Positions 8,690-17,326 of a DNA stretch of 64,000 nucleotides are shown in pieces. The position numbers were made by a program, and so were the translations under genes. Source of the DNA: Minisyncoccota bacterium. GTDB lineage: Bacteria > Patescibacteriota > Minisyncoccia > Phycocordibacterales > UBA6065. The notes below the pieces were generated by a model. It had not been told where the DNA came from and made no database searches. It saw only the letters and a program-made list of their open reading frames with translations. Positions within the stretch are counted from its first letter, which is position 1; each line of letters opens with the position of its first letter. Where the stretch lies: contig JBAZUA010000005.1 of the NCBI GenBank assembly GCA_041661645.1, forward strand, positions 14,829 through 78,828, read 5' to 3'.

Positions 8690-9613
8690 ATGATACATAC
8701 TTCAGAATTGGAAGCGCACGAGAGGGCATCGGCCCTCTCGCGAACGAGCATGATTCACATCCAGGACGTCTACAAGTCATACGGGCCAAGGTCAAAACCA
8801 AAGCTCGTGCTCGACAACGTGGACCTCTCGATCGCCCCCGGGGAACTGGTGACGCTCGTGGGACCCTCTGGCTGCGGCAAGTCGACCTTGTTGAAGCTCG
8901 TCCTCGGACAGGAGCTCCCGGATTCCGGGAAGCTCCTGATCGAGGCGAATCCCGCGGGGTTGGCCGACAAGCGTCGGGGGATAGTCTTCCAGCAGTATTC
9001 GCTCTATCCGCACCTTTCCGTGATCGACAACGTCGCCCTGGGCAAGAGGCTCTCTCTTCCCCTGTGGCAGCGGATCGCGGAGCGAAAGCAGATCAGGGAG
9101 GAGGCGATGTTCCAGCTCAGGAACCTGGGGCTCGAGGAGGCGATCGGAAAACTCCCTCACGAGCTCTCGGGCGGCATGCGCCAACGGGTCGCCGTCGCGC
9201 AGTCGCTCATCATGAGCCCGAAGATCATCCTCATGGACGAGCCTTTCGGGGCTCTTGATCCGGGTTCGCGCGAGCACACCCAGATCTTCCTGCTCGAGTT
9301 GTGGGAGAAATACAAGATGACCGTCATCTTCGTGACGCATGACCTCGAGGAGGCCGTGTTCCTCGGGACTCGTCTGGTCATCCTCTCCCAATATTACTCG
9401 GATGATCGAGACGATGACTGCAGGCGGGGCTCCCGGGTTATCCAGGATATCGCCCTGTCGTCGCGGGCATTGTCGACCGAGGTTAAGTCGAGTCCGGAAT
9501 TCAACGCGATGATTGATCACGTGCGCGAGATCGGCTTCAAGCCGAAACATCGCCTCCACGTGAAAGACTTCAACTTGAGTCACCCGAACTCGTTTCGGAC
9601 CCTTCCTGAGTAA
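8690..9613 (+). CDS. ABC transporter ATP-binding protein
   Basis: Walker A GPSGCGKST, ABC signature LSGGMRQRV and Walker B ILMDEPFGALD. The start was moved to ATG 8690, which has AAGGAGA 9 nt upstream. The ORF-track start at 8555 would overlap the permease. Confidence 0.8.
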   Translation: MIHTSELEAHERASALSRTSMIHIQDVYKSYGPRSKPKLVLDNVDLSIAPGELVTLVGPSGCGKSTLLKLVLGQELPDSGKLLIEANPAGLADKRRGIVFQQYSLYPHLSVIDNVALGKRLSLPLWQRIAERKQIREEAMFQLRNLGLEEAIGKLPHELSGGMRQRVAVAQSLIMSPKIILMDEPFGALDPGSREHTQIFLLELWEKYKMTVIFVTHDLEEAVFLGTRLVILSQYYSDDRDDDCRRGSRVIQDIALSSRALSTEVKSSPEFNAMIDHVREIGFKPKHRLHVKDFNLSHPNSFRTLPE

Positions 9614-9638
9614 GGGTGGTGGTTTTTAGGTCTCTGGG

Positions 9639-9668
9639 GCCGCATGCGCAAGCATGCGGCCCTTTTCT
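9639..9668 (+). terminator. Rho-independent terminator: perfect 10-bp palindrome GGCCGCATGC/GCATGCGGCC followed by a T-run
   Basis: Read directly from the sequence. It overlaps the ORF-track ATG at 9644, which is why the zwf start was moved to 9704. Confidence 0.55.
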
Positions 9669-9703
9669 ATGCCCGGGAACCCTTATCTTGTATACTGGTG
9701 CCC

Positions 9704-10993
9704 ATGAACGAGACCAAGCCCTCCACCTTCATACTCTTCGGATCGACGGGAGACCTTGCCGTCAAGAAGATATTTCCCGCCCTCGAGGCGCTGTTTTTGG
9801 CGGGCAATCCCGACATGCCGACAAAGATTATCGCAGTGTCGAGGCGTGAATGGGGTGTGGCCGATTTTCTCGCCTTTCTTTCGGAAAGCAGGGCTGTCGA
9901 TGGCAGGGGTGTTCCGTATGACGCAGGTTTCCTCGCTCTCATTGAATACGCTAAGGTGGACATCGCCGATCACAGCGGCTATGAGGCATTGGAGGCCATG
10001 GTCGAGGGTGAGGCGACGGCATACCTCTCGCTCGCCCCGCAGCATCATAAGGCGGTCATCGAGAACCTGAGGGAGGAGAACATAATCTCGCAGGGTAGGG
10101 GAAAGCTCCTCATTGAAAAGCCGTTCGGCATAGACGAGGAGTCCGCCTTCGCCCTCAACGACCTGCTGTTCGAGGTCATGAACGAGGATCAGGTTTATCG
10201 GATAGACCACTATCTCGGAAAGGACGCCCTACGTGCCCTCATGGACATACACGAGAAGACTCCGGAGTTCGATGCCATGCTTGTATCAGAAAATGTCGCC
10301 TCCATCAGGGTCAGCATGCTCGAGGGCATCGGCATATTCGGTCGCGGCGCCTCGTATGACGGCGTGGGGGCGTTTCGCGACATAGGTCAGAACCACGTCC
10401 TCGAGATGCTCGCCGTCCTCGTCGCGGACGTGCCTGAGCTCACGACCGACGCCGCGCGCGGCCATATGTGGCAGGTGGCGCGCGCGGCGGTCCTCGGCAG
10501 GCTCGCCTCGCCCCGGGACACCTGCGAGCTTCTGCGTCGTGGACAGTATGAAGGGTATCTCTCCGAAGTTGGGGTGAACCCGGGCTCAGAGACCGAGACC
10601 GCCTTTGAGGTGATTACCTCATTTTCCTCGGGAAGGCTCGCTGGCGTGCCGCTCACCCTACAGGGAGGAAAGAGGATGGGGTCCTCCGAGGTCGAGATGG
10701 AGATCATTTTCAAGGAACGCACCGAATTGCCGCGGAGCATCGTAGTACATGTGCAGCCGACTCAGCAGATTGTCACCACCGAGCAGGACGGCTCAGTCGA
10801 AACCTTCGTCATACCGAAGACGGGCGATGCCTATGCCAATGTCCTGGCGGACGCCTTCGCGGGACGGGCACGAGATTTCGTGGGAGCCGAGGAGATACAG
10901 TATCTCTGGCGCTACACGGACAGGGTTGTCGGCTGCTGGGAGAAGGTACCTTTAGAGTCGTATGGCGAGGAGAGGCCTTTTTTGCTACAGTAG
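9704..10993 (+). CDS. zwf: Glucose-6-phosphate 1-dehydrogenase
   Basis: N-terminal FGSTGDLAVKKIFPAL NADP-binding motif, EKPFG, and the G6PD signature RIDHYLGKD. Confidence 0.8.
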   Translation: MNETKPSTFILFGSTGDLAVKKIFPALEALFLAGNPDMPTKIIAVSRREWGVADFLAFLSESRAVDGRGVPYDAGFLALIEYAKVDIADHSGYEALEAMVEGEATAYLSLAPQHHKAVIENLREENIISQGRGKLLIEKPFGIDEESAFALNDLLFEVMNEDQVYRIDHYLGKDALRALMDIHEKTPEFDAMLVSENVASIRVSMLEGIGIFGRGASYDGVGAFRDIGQNHVLEMLAVLVADVPELTTDAARGHMWQVARAAVLGRLASPRDTCELLRRGQYEGYLSEVGVNPGSETETAFEVITSFSSGRLAGVPLTLQGGKRMGSSEVEMEIIFKERTELPRSIVVHVQPTQQIVTTEQDGSVETFVIPKTGDAYANVLADAFAGRARDFVGAEEIQYLWRYTDRVVGCWEKVPLESYGEERPFLLQ

Positions 10994-11051
10994 CGCGGCA
11001 TCAAGGCGACGTTCGCACGCATCACAATTCACACACATCACATAAAACAAC

Positions 11052-11282
11052 ATGTTCAAACGATTTCTCATGAAGCAGGCGATGAAGTCACAGCTCAAGG
11101 ATGTTCCCAAGGAACAGCAGGAGAAGATACTCGACCTCGTCGAGCGTAACCCTGACTTCTTCGAGAAGCTCGCAAAGGAGCTTCAGGCTGGTCTCAAGTC
11201 GGGCAAGGACCAGCAGACGGTCGCCATGGAGATCATGGCGCGGCACAAGTTCGAGCTCGCCAAGCTCATGGGTAAGAAGTAG
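11052..11282 (+). CDS. Hypothetical small helical protein (76 aa)
   Basis: Lysine- and glutamate-rich ORF with no recognisable motif. Confidence 0.35.
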   Translation: MFKRFLMKQAMKSQLKDVPKEQQEKILDLVERNPDFFEKLAKELQAGLKSGKDQQTVAMEIMARHKFELAKLMGKK

Positions 11283-11298
11283 TCTCAAAATAAAATAC

Positions 11299-11886
11299 AT
11301 GGCCCGTACCAAGAAAATATTCCTACTGGTGGCAAATCCCGATGCGGACTCCCTCTCGACGGCACTCGCCCAGTCATACGCCGACGGCGCCCGCGCCGCG
11401 GGTCACGAGGTGCGCCTGACCCAGATAAGCGAGATGAGGTTCGATCCGATCCTGCACAAGGGATACAAGGTCATTCAGCAGTATGAGCCCGACCTCATCA
11501 AGTTCCAGGAAGACGTTCGCTGGTGCGAGCATTTCGTGACCGTGTTCCCGGTATGGTGGTCTGATATGCCCGCATCGCTCAAGGGCCTTATCGATCGTGT
11601 CTGGATGCCTGGCTTCGCATTCAACTTCAGGAAAGGCATCATCCCCGGGTGGTACCGACGCCTCAAGGGCAGGAGCGCACGGGTCATCGTGACCTCCGAC
11701 ACCCACCCGCTCATGCTCTGGATCCTGTTCGGCGGAAACATCAACAGCTATGTCCGCGGCGCGCTGAGATTCTCGGGTTTTGCCCCTCTGCGAAAGACCT
11801 GGTTTTCGGGCATGCGAAAGCTTTCGCCCGAGAAGGCACAGAGAATGATTCGAAAGATGGGTATGATGGGGAGGAAGGCGAGATAA
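11299..11886 (+). CDS. Flavodoxin-fold NAD(P)H dehydrogenase (quinone)-like protein
   Basis: KKIFLLVANPDADSLS at the N-terminus and TVFPVWWSDMPASLKGLIDRV, as in the Flavodoxin_2 (MdaB/YrkL-like) family. The start was set at the internal Met 11299. The upstream part of the ORF-track frame is a low-complexity Ser/Arg run. Confidence 0.55.
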   Translation: MARTKKIFLLVANPDADSLSTALAQSYADGARAAGHEVRLTQISEMRFDPILHKGYKVIQQYEPDLIKFQEDVRWCEHFVTVFPVWWSDMPASLKGLIDRVWMPGFAFNFRKGIIPGWYRRLKGRSARVIVTSDTHPLMLWILFGGNINSYVRGALRFSGFAPLRKTWFSGMRKLSPEKAQRMIRKMGMMGRKAR

Positions 11887-11893
11887 AATAAGA

Positions 11894-11922
11894 AAGCCGC
11901 CCTGATGCCAGGGCGGCTTTTG
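11894..11922. terminator. Bidirectional rho-independent terminator: 11-bp stem AAGCCGCCCTG/CAGGGCGGCTT
   Basis: Perfect stem with a 4-nt loop and A/T runs on both sides. It lies between convergent genes. Confidence 0.6.
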
Positions 11923-11934
11923 TGTGGGCGGCGA

Positions 11935-12318
11935 CTACGCCGCCTTGAGCGAGAGGCGTCCAGTCGGCATTGTCTCGGTGCCTAGAAGGAACCTGTCGAA
12001 GAGCCTGAGCTCGAACTGAAGGCCTGTGCCGTCAGGCGTGAAATTGGTCTTGAGCGTCAGGTCTTTGGGCAGAGTCTCTTTGACGTATTCATGTCCCACA
12101 TTGTCGAGCATCTGGCGATTCCAGAGACTTTGCGGAATGAGCATCTCGAATGTCACCGTAGACACGGTCCGCTTTCCTTCGATCAGGTTGAGTTGAACGC
12201 GAACGTCTCGATCCTTCTTGTCCTTGCCGATGAGGGTAAAGCCGAAAGTCAGTCGAAGGTTCTCTGAGAAAAGGTCCTTGATGCCCTCGGGAAGGGCAAT
12301 AGTGCTGGTTGTCTTCAT
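11935..12318 (-). CDS. Hypothetical protein (127 aa)
   Basis: Convergent minus-strand ORF ending at the bidirectional terminator. No motif recognised. Confidence 0.4.
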   Translation of the reverse strand: MKTTSTIALPEGIKDLFSENLRLTFGFTLIGKDKKDRDVRVQLNLIEGKRTVSTVTFEMLIPQSLWNRQMLDNVGHEYVKETLPKDLTLKTNFTPDGTGLQFELRLFDRFLLGTETMPTGRLSLKAA

Positions 12319-12440
12319 AAAATGAGCGGGAGTTTCTGCGGGTTGGGTTTGTTTACTTTATACCTCTTTTCGAATCAAGTGTCAATTATTTCGCGAAGGG
12401 TCGATTGTGCGCTATAGTTTGTTCACCATTCTCTCCATTC

Positions 12441-13184
12441 ATGAATAAAAAAACGTTCCTTATCGCATTCGCCGCGTCCTTCGCCCTCGCGTTGCTCGGC
12501 GGCGGTCTGTACCGTCAGTCGGCCGCCGCCGATATTTCAAATGCCGCGGCCGCCGCGAGCCCGCTTTTGGTTTCACCCGCGAGCGCGACGGAAATATTTC
12601 GGGGCGACATTTCAAAAAGGCAGGTGATATTCACCTTTGATGCTGGCGGTTCGACCGAGTCTGCCGACAGGGTCCTCGAGACACTCGCCAAGCACCAGGT
12701 GCGCGGCACGTTCTTCGTCACGGGGGAAATGGTCGAATCTCACCCCGACCTCGTTGCTCGCGTCAAGGCTGGCGGGCACGAAATATTCAATCACACCTAT
12801 GACCATCCGAATCTAACAATGGTTTCGGATGAGGGGATAGCAGAAGAGCTTAATAAGATGAAGAAATCGCTCGAGAGTGTCGTTGGTACCTCCTCCATGC
12901 CTTATTTCAGGGCTCCGTATGGCGAACGTGACGTCCGGGTGAGGGAAGTGGCCGCTCGGGCCGGGTATCAGTCTGTCTATTGGACTGTGGACGCCCTGGA
13001 TTGGGCGGTGGGGCGAGGTGAGACCGCGTCACGGGTAAGGGAAAGGATCCTGTCGTCCCTCGCCCCGGGGAATATCTACCTCATGCATGTGGGGGACGGC
13101 ATAACAGGCGAGATTCTCGACGAGGTGTTTACCTCCATAGAGTCCAGGGGGTATGCGATAGTGTCTTTAACCCAAGGTCTATGA
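12441..13184 (+). CDS. Secreted polysaccharide deacetylase (NodB homology domain)
   Basis: Signal peptide followed by FTFDAGG, FFVTG and NHTYDHP. The start was set at MNKKTF (12441). Confidence 0.7.
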   Translation: MNKKTFLIAFAASFALALLGGGLYRQSAAADISNAAAAASPLLVSPASATEIFRGDISKRQVIFTFDAGGSTESADRVLETLAKHQVRGTFFVTGEMVESHPDLVARVKAGGHEIFNHTYDHPNLTMVSDEGIAEELNKMKKSLESVVGTSSMPYFRAPYGERDVRVREVAARAGYQSVYWTVDALDWAVGRGETASRVRERILSSLAPGNIYLMHVGDGITGEILDEVFTSIESRGYAIVSLTQGL

Positions 13185-14326
13185 AAGAGATACTCTCCTT
13201 TTTCCTCGCGTTTCTGACCGCCACGAGTTCCCCTATTGCGTCGATGACCCTGCCCGTGCGCGTAAACCCTGCCATTGCTCACGACAAGGTTCGCGTCCTC
13301 ATCGTTCCCGGTCACGAGCCTGTCTCGGGCGAGGGCGCCCGATTTGGCAGCATAGAGGAGCGTAATCTTGTGGTCGAGATCGGTCAGGACCTCGAGCGAT
13401 TTCTCAACGCCGATCCGGACTATCAGGCATTTATCACCCGTGACCTGGACTCATGGAACCCCGCCTTTGCGGATTATTTCAAGGACAACTGGGGTGACAT
13501 CTCCTCCTGGCAGAAGGCCTCAAAGAAGAGCGCGTCAGAGGCCTTGCCCATAGGATCTTCAAGTACGGTTACGGTAATCCATAATCCCGCGCCGAACGAT
13601 GTTGCGTTGCGCCTCTATGGCATCACCAAGTGGTCGAACGAGAATGACATCGACCTGATGCTGCACCTTCATCTGAACGATTATCCCGGACATGGCAGGA
13701 AGACTCCGGGAAAATACTCCGGTTTCGTCATGTACAGCCCAGCCCTGCAGTATGGCAACAGCTCCTCGACCGATGCCGTGGCGCACGCGATATATGAGCG
13801 CCTCGCCGCCTACAATCCAAAGAGCAACCTTCCCGTCGAGTCAAAGGGAATAATCGACGACCCCGAGCTCATCGCCGTCGGGGCACATAACACGTCAAAG
13901 GCGGCAAGTCTCGTCATTGAGTACGAGTATCTCTATAGGCCGCAGCTCACCAGTCCCGACGTGAGAAGCCTCGCCCTGAAGGACTTTGCTTATCAGACCT
14001 ATCTGGGGCTCAAGGACGCTTTCGCCGAGGGTGCTTCATCGACAAGGCTTTCGTACGACCCATCGATCTTGTATGACTGGTCCACGCCCGTCGTCGGCGC
14101 CGCATCAGACTCCCGGGACATCTATGCGCTGCAGACAGCCCTCATCATGGCCGGCGAATATCCGCCGAAAGGGAGGACGGGAAATGACTGTCCCCACAGT
14201 GGCTCCCTCGGCCCATGCACTAGTTCGGCCCTCGCCGCATTTCAAAAGAAGCAGGGCATAGCGGGCGAGGGTATCGGCGGGGCAATGACCTTCGAGGCGC
14301 TCAAGGCCGTATATGACGGAAAATAG
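13181..14326 (+). CDS. N-acetylmuramoyl-L-alanine amidase (Amidase_3-like) with a C-terminal peptidoglycan-binding domain
   Basis: LIVPGHEP and LHLHLNDYPG in the amidase core. The C-terminal ALQTALIMAGEYP...AFQKKQGIAGEGIGGAMTFEAL matches PG_binding_1. There is an ATGA overlap with the deacetylase gene. Confidence 0.6.
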   Translation: MKEILSFFLAFLTATSSPIASMTLPVRVNPAIAHDKVRVLIVPGHEPVSGEGARFGSIEERNLVVEIGQDLERFLNADPDYQAFITRDLDSWNPAFADYFKDNWGDISSWQKASKKSASEALPIGSSSTVTVIHNPAPNDVALRLYGITKWSNENDIDLMLHLHLNDYPGHGRKTPGKYSGFVMYSPALQYGNSSSTDAVAHAIYERLAAYNPKSNLPVESKGIIDDPELIAVGAHNTSKAASLVIEYEYLYRPQLTSPDVRSLALKDFAYQTYLGLKDAFAEGASSTRLSYDPSILYDWSTPVVGAASDSRDIYALQTALIMAGEYPPKGRTGNDCPHSGSLGPCTSSALAAFQKKQGIAGEGIGGAMTFEALKAVYDGK

Positions 14327-14372
14327 GCCTCTCAGTTGAAATTAGGCCCGATAACGAGTAGTATGGGCACCT

Positions 14373-15479
14373 ATGGCACTATCAATCGGCATCGTCGGGC
14401 TCCCCAACGTCGGTAAATCAACACTTTTCAACGCGCTCACCAAAAAGGGCGTGCTTATTGCCAATTATCCTTTCGCAACCATCGACCCGTCCGTCGGCGT
14501 GGTTGCCGTTCCTGACGAGCGTCTCTACAAGCTCGCCGAATTTTCAAAGACTAAGAAAATAGTCCCCGCCGCAGTCGAGTTTGTGGACATCGCTGGCCTG
14601 GTGAAGGGCGCGTCCGACGGCGAGGGCCTCGGAAACAAGTTCCTCTCGAACATTCGTGAGACCGACGCCATCGCCGAGGTCGTCCGCATCTTCGAGGACA
14701 CCGACATCATCCATGTCGACGGCAAGATAGAGCCGATGAAGGACATCGAGGTCATCAACCTGGAGCTCATCATGGCCGACCTCCAGACCGTCACCAAGCG
14801 CCATGCTAATCTGGGCAAGGAAATTCGTTCGGGCAAGAAGGAGGTGCTCATGGAGGCCGCCATGCTCGAGCGCGTGCAGAAGGCTTTGGAGGCGGGACAG
14901 CTCGCGTCGACCGTGCCCGTCGACGAGTACGAGGCCCCGATGCTCCGCTCGCTTCATCTCCTCACCTCAAAGAAAATTCTTTATATCCTGAACAAGAAGT
15001 CAGGCGGCGTTAATTTGGACGAGCCAAAGGATGGTATCGTGGACGAACGTTATGTGAGACTTATGGACTTCATGAAGTCGAGCGGATCGAGCCATGTCAT
15101 CGTCGATGCGGGCATTGAGAACGACGTGCGCGACATGACCGAGGCCGAGAAGACCGAGATGCGCGACCTCGGCGGCATCGACAACGGCATCGACAGCCTC
15201 ATCAAGAAGAGCTACGAGATGCTCGGCCTCATGACCTATTTCACGACCGGCGAGATCGAGACCCGCGGCTGGACCATTCAAAAAGGCTGGACCGCCCCTA
15301 TGGCAGGCACTGCCATTCACGGAGACTTCAAGGACAGGTTCATCAAGGCCGAGGTCATCGAATGGGACAAGCTCATCGCCTCGGGATCGTTCGCCAACGC
15401 TCGCGAGAAGGGACTCATACGAACCGAGGGGAAGGAATATATAGTGAAGGATGGGGAGGTGATGGAGTTTAAGATTTAA
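14373..15479 (+). CDS. ychF: Ribosome-binding ATPase YchF
   Basis: GLPNVGKSTLFNALT P-loop, FATIDP, and a C-terminal TGS domain. Confidence 0.85.
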   Translation: MALSIGIVGLPNVGKSTLFNALTKKGVLIANYPFATIDPSVGVVAVPDERLYKLAEFSKTKKIVPAAVEFVDIAGLVKGASDGEGLGNKFLSNIRETDAIAEVVRIFEDTDIIHVDGKIEPMKDIEVINLELIMADLQTVTKRHANLGKEIRSGKKEVLMEAAMLERVQKALEAGQLASTVPVDEYEAPMLRSLHLLTSKKILYILNKKSGGVNLDEPKDGIVDERYVRLMDFMKSSGSSHVIVDAGIENDVRDMTEAEKTEMRDLGGIDNGIDSLIKKSYEMLGLMTYFTTGEIETRGWTIQKGWTAPMAGTAIHGDFKDRFIKAEVIEWDKLIASGSFANAREKGLIRTEGKEYIVKDGEVMEFKI

Positions 15480-15530
15480 ACAAAAGACCGACAACCATTT
15501 CTGGCTGCCGGTCGATGACGGTCTTGGAAT

Positions 15531-15824
15531 TCAACTGGACAAACGCACACATGTCAGGAACATGCCTCCGAATGTGTTTACGACTATGAGTATGTAACAA
15601 CTAATAAGCGTTACAACCACATCGGCCGTTGGCAATGGAAACTTGTTGCGGGCGTTACGTTTGTTATCCAGAGGGTATCGTATGTCGATTGGACACGTTC
15701 GACGATACTCGTCCTGGATAGCCCAGTAACTTTTTACCCAAGGAATCCGTGGAATTAACCACGAGATCAAGAAGGCCAAAAGTCCACCAAGGAAGGTCGG
15801 GATTAGAGCTTGAATGATCATCAT
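15531..15824 (-). CDS. Hypothetical small membrane protein
   Basis: Hydrophobic N-terminus. Weak call. Confidence 0.25.
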   Translation of the reverse strand: MMIIQALIPTFLGGLLAFLISWLIPRIPWVKSYWAIQDEYRRTCPIDIRYPLDNKRNARNKFPLPTADVVVTLISCYILIVVNTFGGMFLTCVRLSS

Positions 15825-15926
15825 AAATCACCTTTCGGGTTGATTGTTTACTGAAGATACATTAACATGTATCAAGTAATCTGTCAACACAGAAGACAGT
15901 GGTCTCATAGAGTTTAGTATCTAGCG

Positions 15927-15956
15927 AAAAGCCCCCCCCATTTGGGGGGCCTTTTC
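15927..15956. terminator. Stem-loop G-C6...G6-C flanked by an A-run and a T-run (bidirectional terminator-like)
   Basis: Read directly from the sequence. Confidence 0.45.
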
Positions 15957-15973
15957 GACGGTGCATAACTTCC

Positions 15974-16001
15974 TTGTTGCCCCTTGCCACGTTGATATAA
16001 T
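15974..16001 (+). promoter_or_regulatory. Candidate promoter: TTGTTG, 16-nt spacer, TATAAT
   Basis: Perfect -10 hexamer 50 nt upstream of the DUF378-like gene. Confidence 0.4.
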
Positions 16002-16050
16002 TAATGGGTAAAAGTCGCGGTAGTCATTATCAGCAATAATCATCATTCGT

Positions 16051-16299
16051 ATGAAAATTTTGCATAAAATCGCATCAGTGCTCGTCTGGGTCGGTGCCCT
16101 CAACTGGGGACTCGTCGGCATCGGCAGCTTCTTCTCGGGAGACTGGAATGTCGTTCATGCCATCCTCGGCGGCTCCTTGACGCTCGAGAACCTCGTCTAT
16201 GTTTTCGTTGGTGCCTCAGCCGTATATGCTGCCGCGACCCACAAGTCGAGCTGCAAGGACTGTCAGGTCGACGCCCCAGAGCAGTCTCCGACCATGTAG
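16051..16299 (+). CDS. DUF378-like small membrane protein
   Basis: LNWGLVGIG motif and two TM helices. Confidence 0.5.
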   Translation: MKILHKIASVLVWVGALNWGLVGIGSFFSGDWNVVHAILGGSLTLENLVYVFVGASAVYAAATHKSSCKDCQVDAPEQSPTM

Positions 16300-16330
16300 T
16301 CTGTCATTTTGATCCGATTCATATCAGTAT

Positions 16331-16366
16331 AGAAACGCCTCAATCAGTTGAGGTGTTTCTATTTTA
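16331..16366 (+). terminator. Rho-independent terminator: 13-bp stem with one G-U pair, followed by ATTTT
   Basis: AGAAACGCCTCAA/TTGAGGTGTTTCT. Confidence 0.5.
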
Positions 16367-16382
16367 GACGTATGATAAGGCC

Positions 16383-17321
16383 ATGAACAAGCCACAAACA
16401 ACCCCAAAGGACTTCTTTCTCTATGTCGGAGCAATCATAGCCCTGTATGTGAGCGCGGGAAGCCTTCTCGCCGTCCTCTTTTCGATAATCGGGGCCATAT
16501 TCCCGGACGCCGTTGCCAGATCATATGACTATTACAACGGCGGGATGAGATTCGCCATCGCCTCCCTCATCATCATCTTTCCGATGTATATCGCCCTCTC
16601 GTGGATCATCCGTCGGGACATCGTGGCCAATCCCGAGAAGCGCGAGCTGTCCGTGCGCAAGTGGCTCGTCTATCTGACCCTCTTCGTCACGGGCCTCGTC
16701 GTCGTGGGAGACCTTGTCACCGTGCTCAACGTGTTTCTGGGCGGCGAGGTCACCGTCCGCTTCATCGCCAAGGTCATCGCTACCCTCGTCGTCTCTGGCG
16801 CAATCTTTGGATACTATCTCTATGACATCAGGCGATCGGCCGACGAGAACAAGAGGGTCTCTCGAATCATCGTCGTCGCCTCTGCCGCGTTCGTCCTCGG
16901 CACGCTCGTCTGGGGCTTCGCCGTCATGGGTTCGCCGTCAAAGGCCCGAAACCTTCGATTCGACGACACCCGCACGAGCGACCTCCAGAGCATTCAGTGG
17001 CAGATTATAAACGTCTGGCAGCAGAAGGGCGCGCTTCCGGCCCAGCTCTCTGACTTGAACGACTCCCTGTCATACTTCAGCCTGCCGATCGACCCAGAGA
17101 CGGGTGCTTCCTATGTGTACGAGAAGACCGCCGCGAAGGCGTTCAAGCTCTGCGCCACCTTCGCACTGGGCACCGCTGACGGGGCGGCAAGCGGCGTATC
17201 GGCATCGGTCGTCAGGCCGTACGGGGTGACCGACACCAATTGGAAGCATTCCGCCGGGACGCACTGTTTCGAACGCACCATTGACGCGGCCCTCTATCCC
17301 GTGAACGCAAAGGCCATATAG
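16383..17321 (+). CDS. Multi-pass membrane protein (DUF5671-like N-terminus) with an extracytoplasmic C-terminal domain
   Basis: Four to five TM helices. The family assignment is from memory and is low confidence. Confidence 0.4.
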   Translation: MNKPQTTPKDFFLYVGAIIALYVSAGSLLAVLFSIIGAIFPDAVARSYDYYNGGMRFAIASLIIIFPMYIALSWIIRRDIVANPEKRELSVRKWLVYLTLFVTGLVVVGDLVTVLNVFLGGEVTVRFIAKVIATLVVSGAIFGYYLYDIRRSADENKRVSRIIVVASAAFVLGTLVWGFAVMGSPSKARNLRFDDTRTSDLQSIQWQIINVWQQKGALPAQLSDLNDSLSYFSLPIDPETGASYVYEKTAAKAFKLCATFALGTADGAASGVSASVVRPYGVTDTNWKHSAGTHCFERTIDAALYPVNAKAI

Positions 17322-17326
17322 TCCCC

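Noticed and set aside
9644-9703. ORF-track start of zwf at 9644
   Set aside because: That ATG lies inside the perfect terminator palindrome of the upstream operon. The ATG at 9704 begins the conserved N-terminus.
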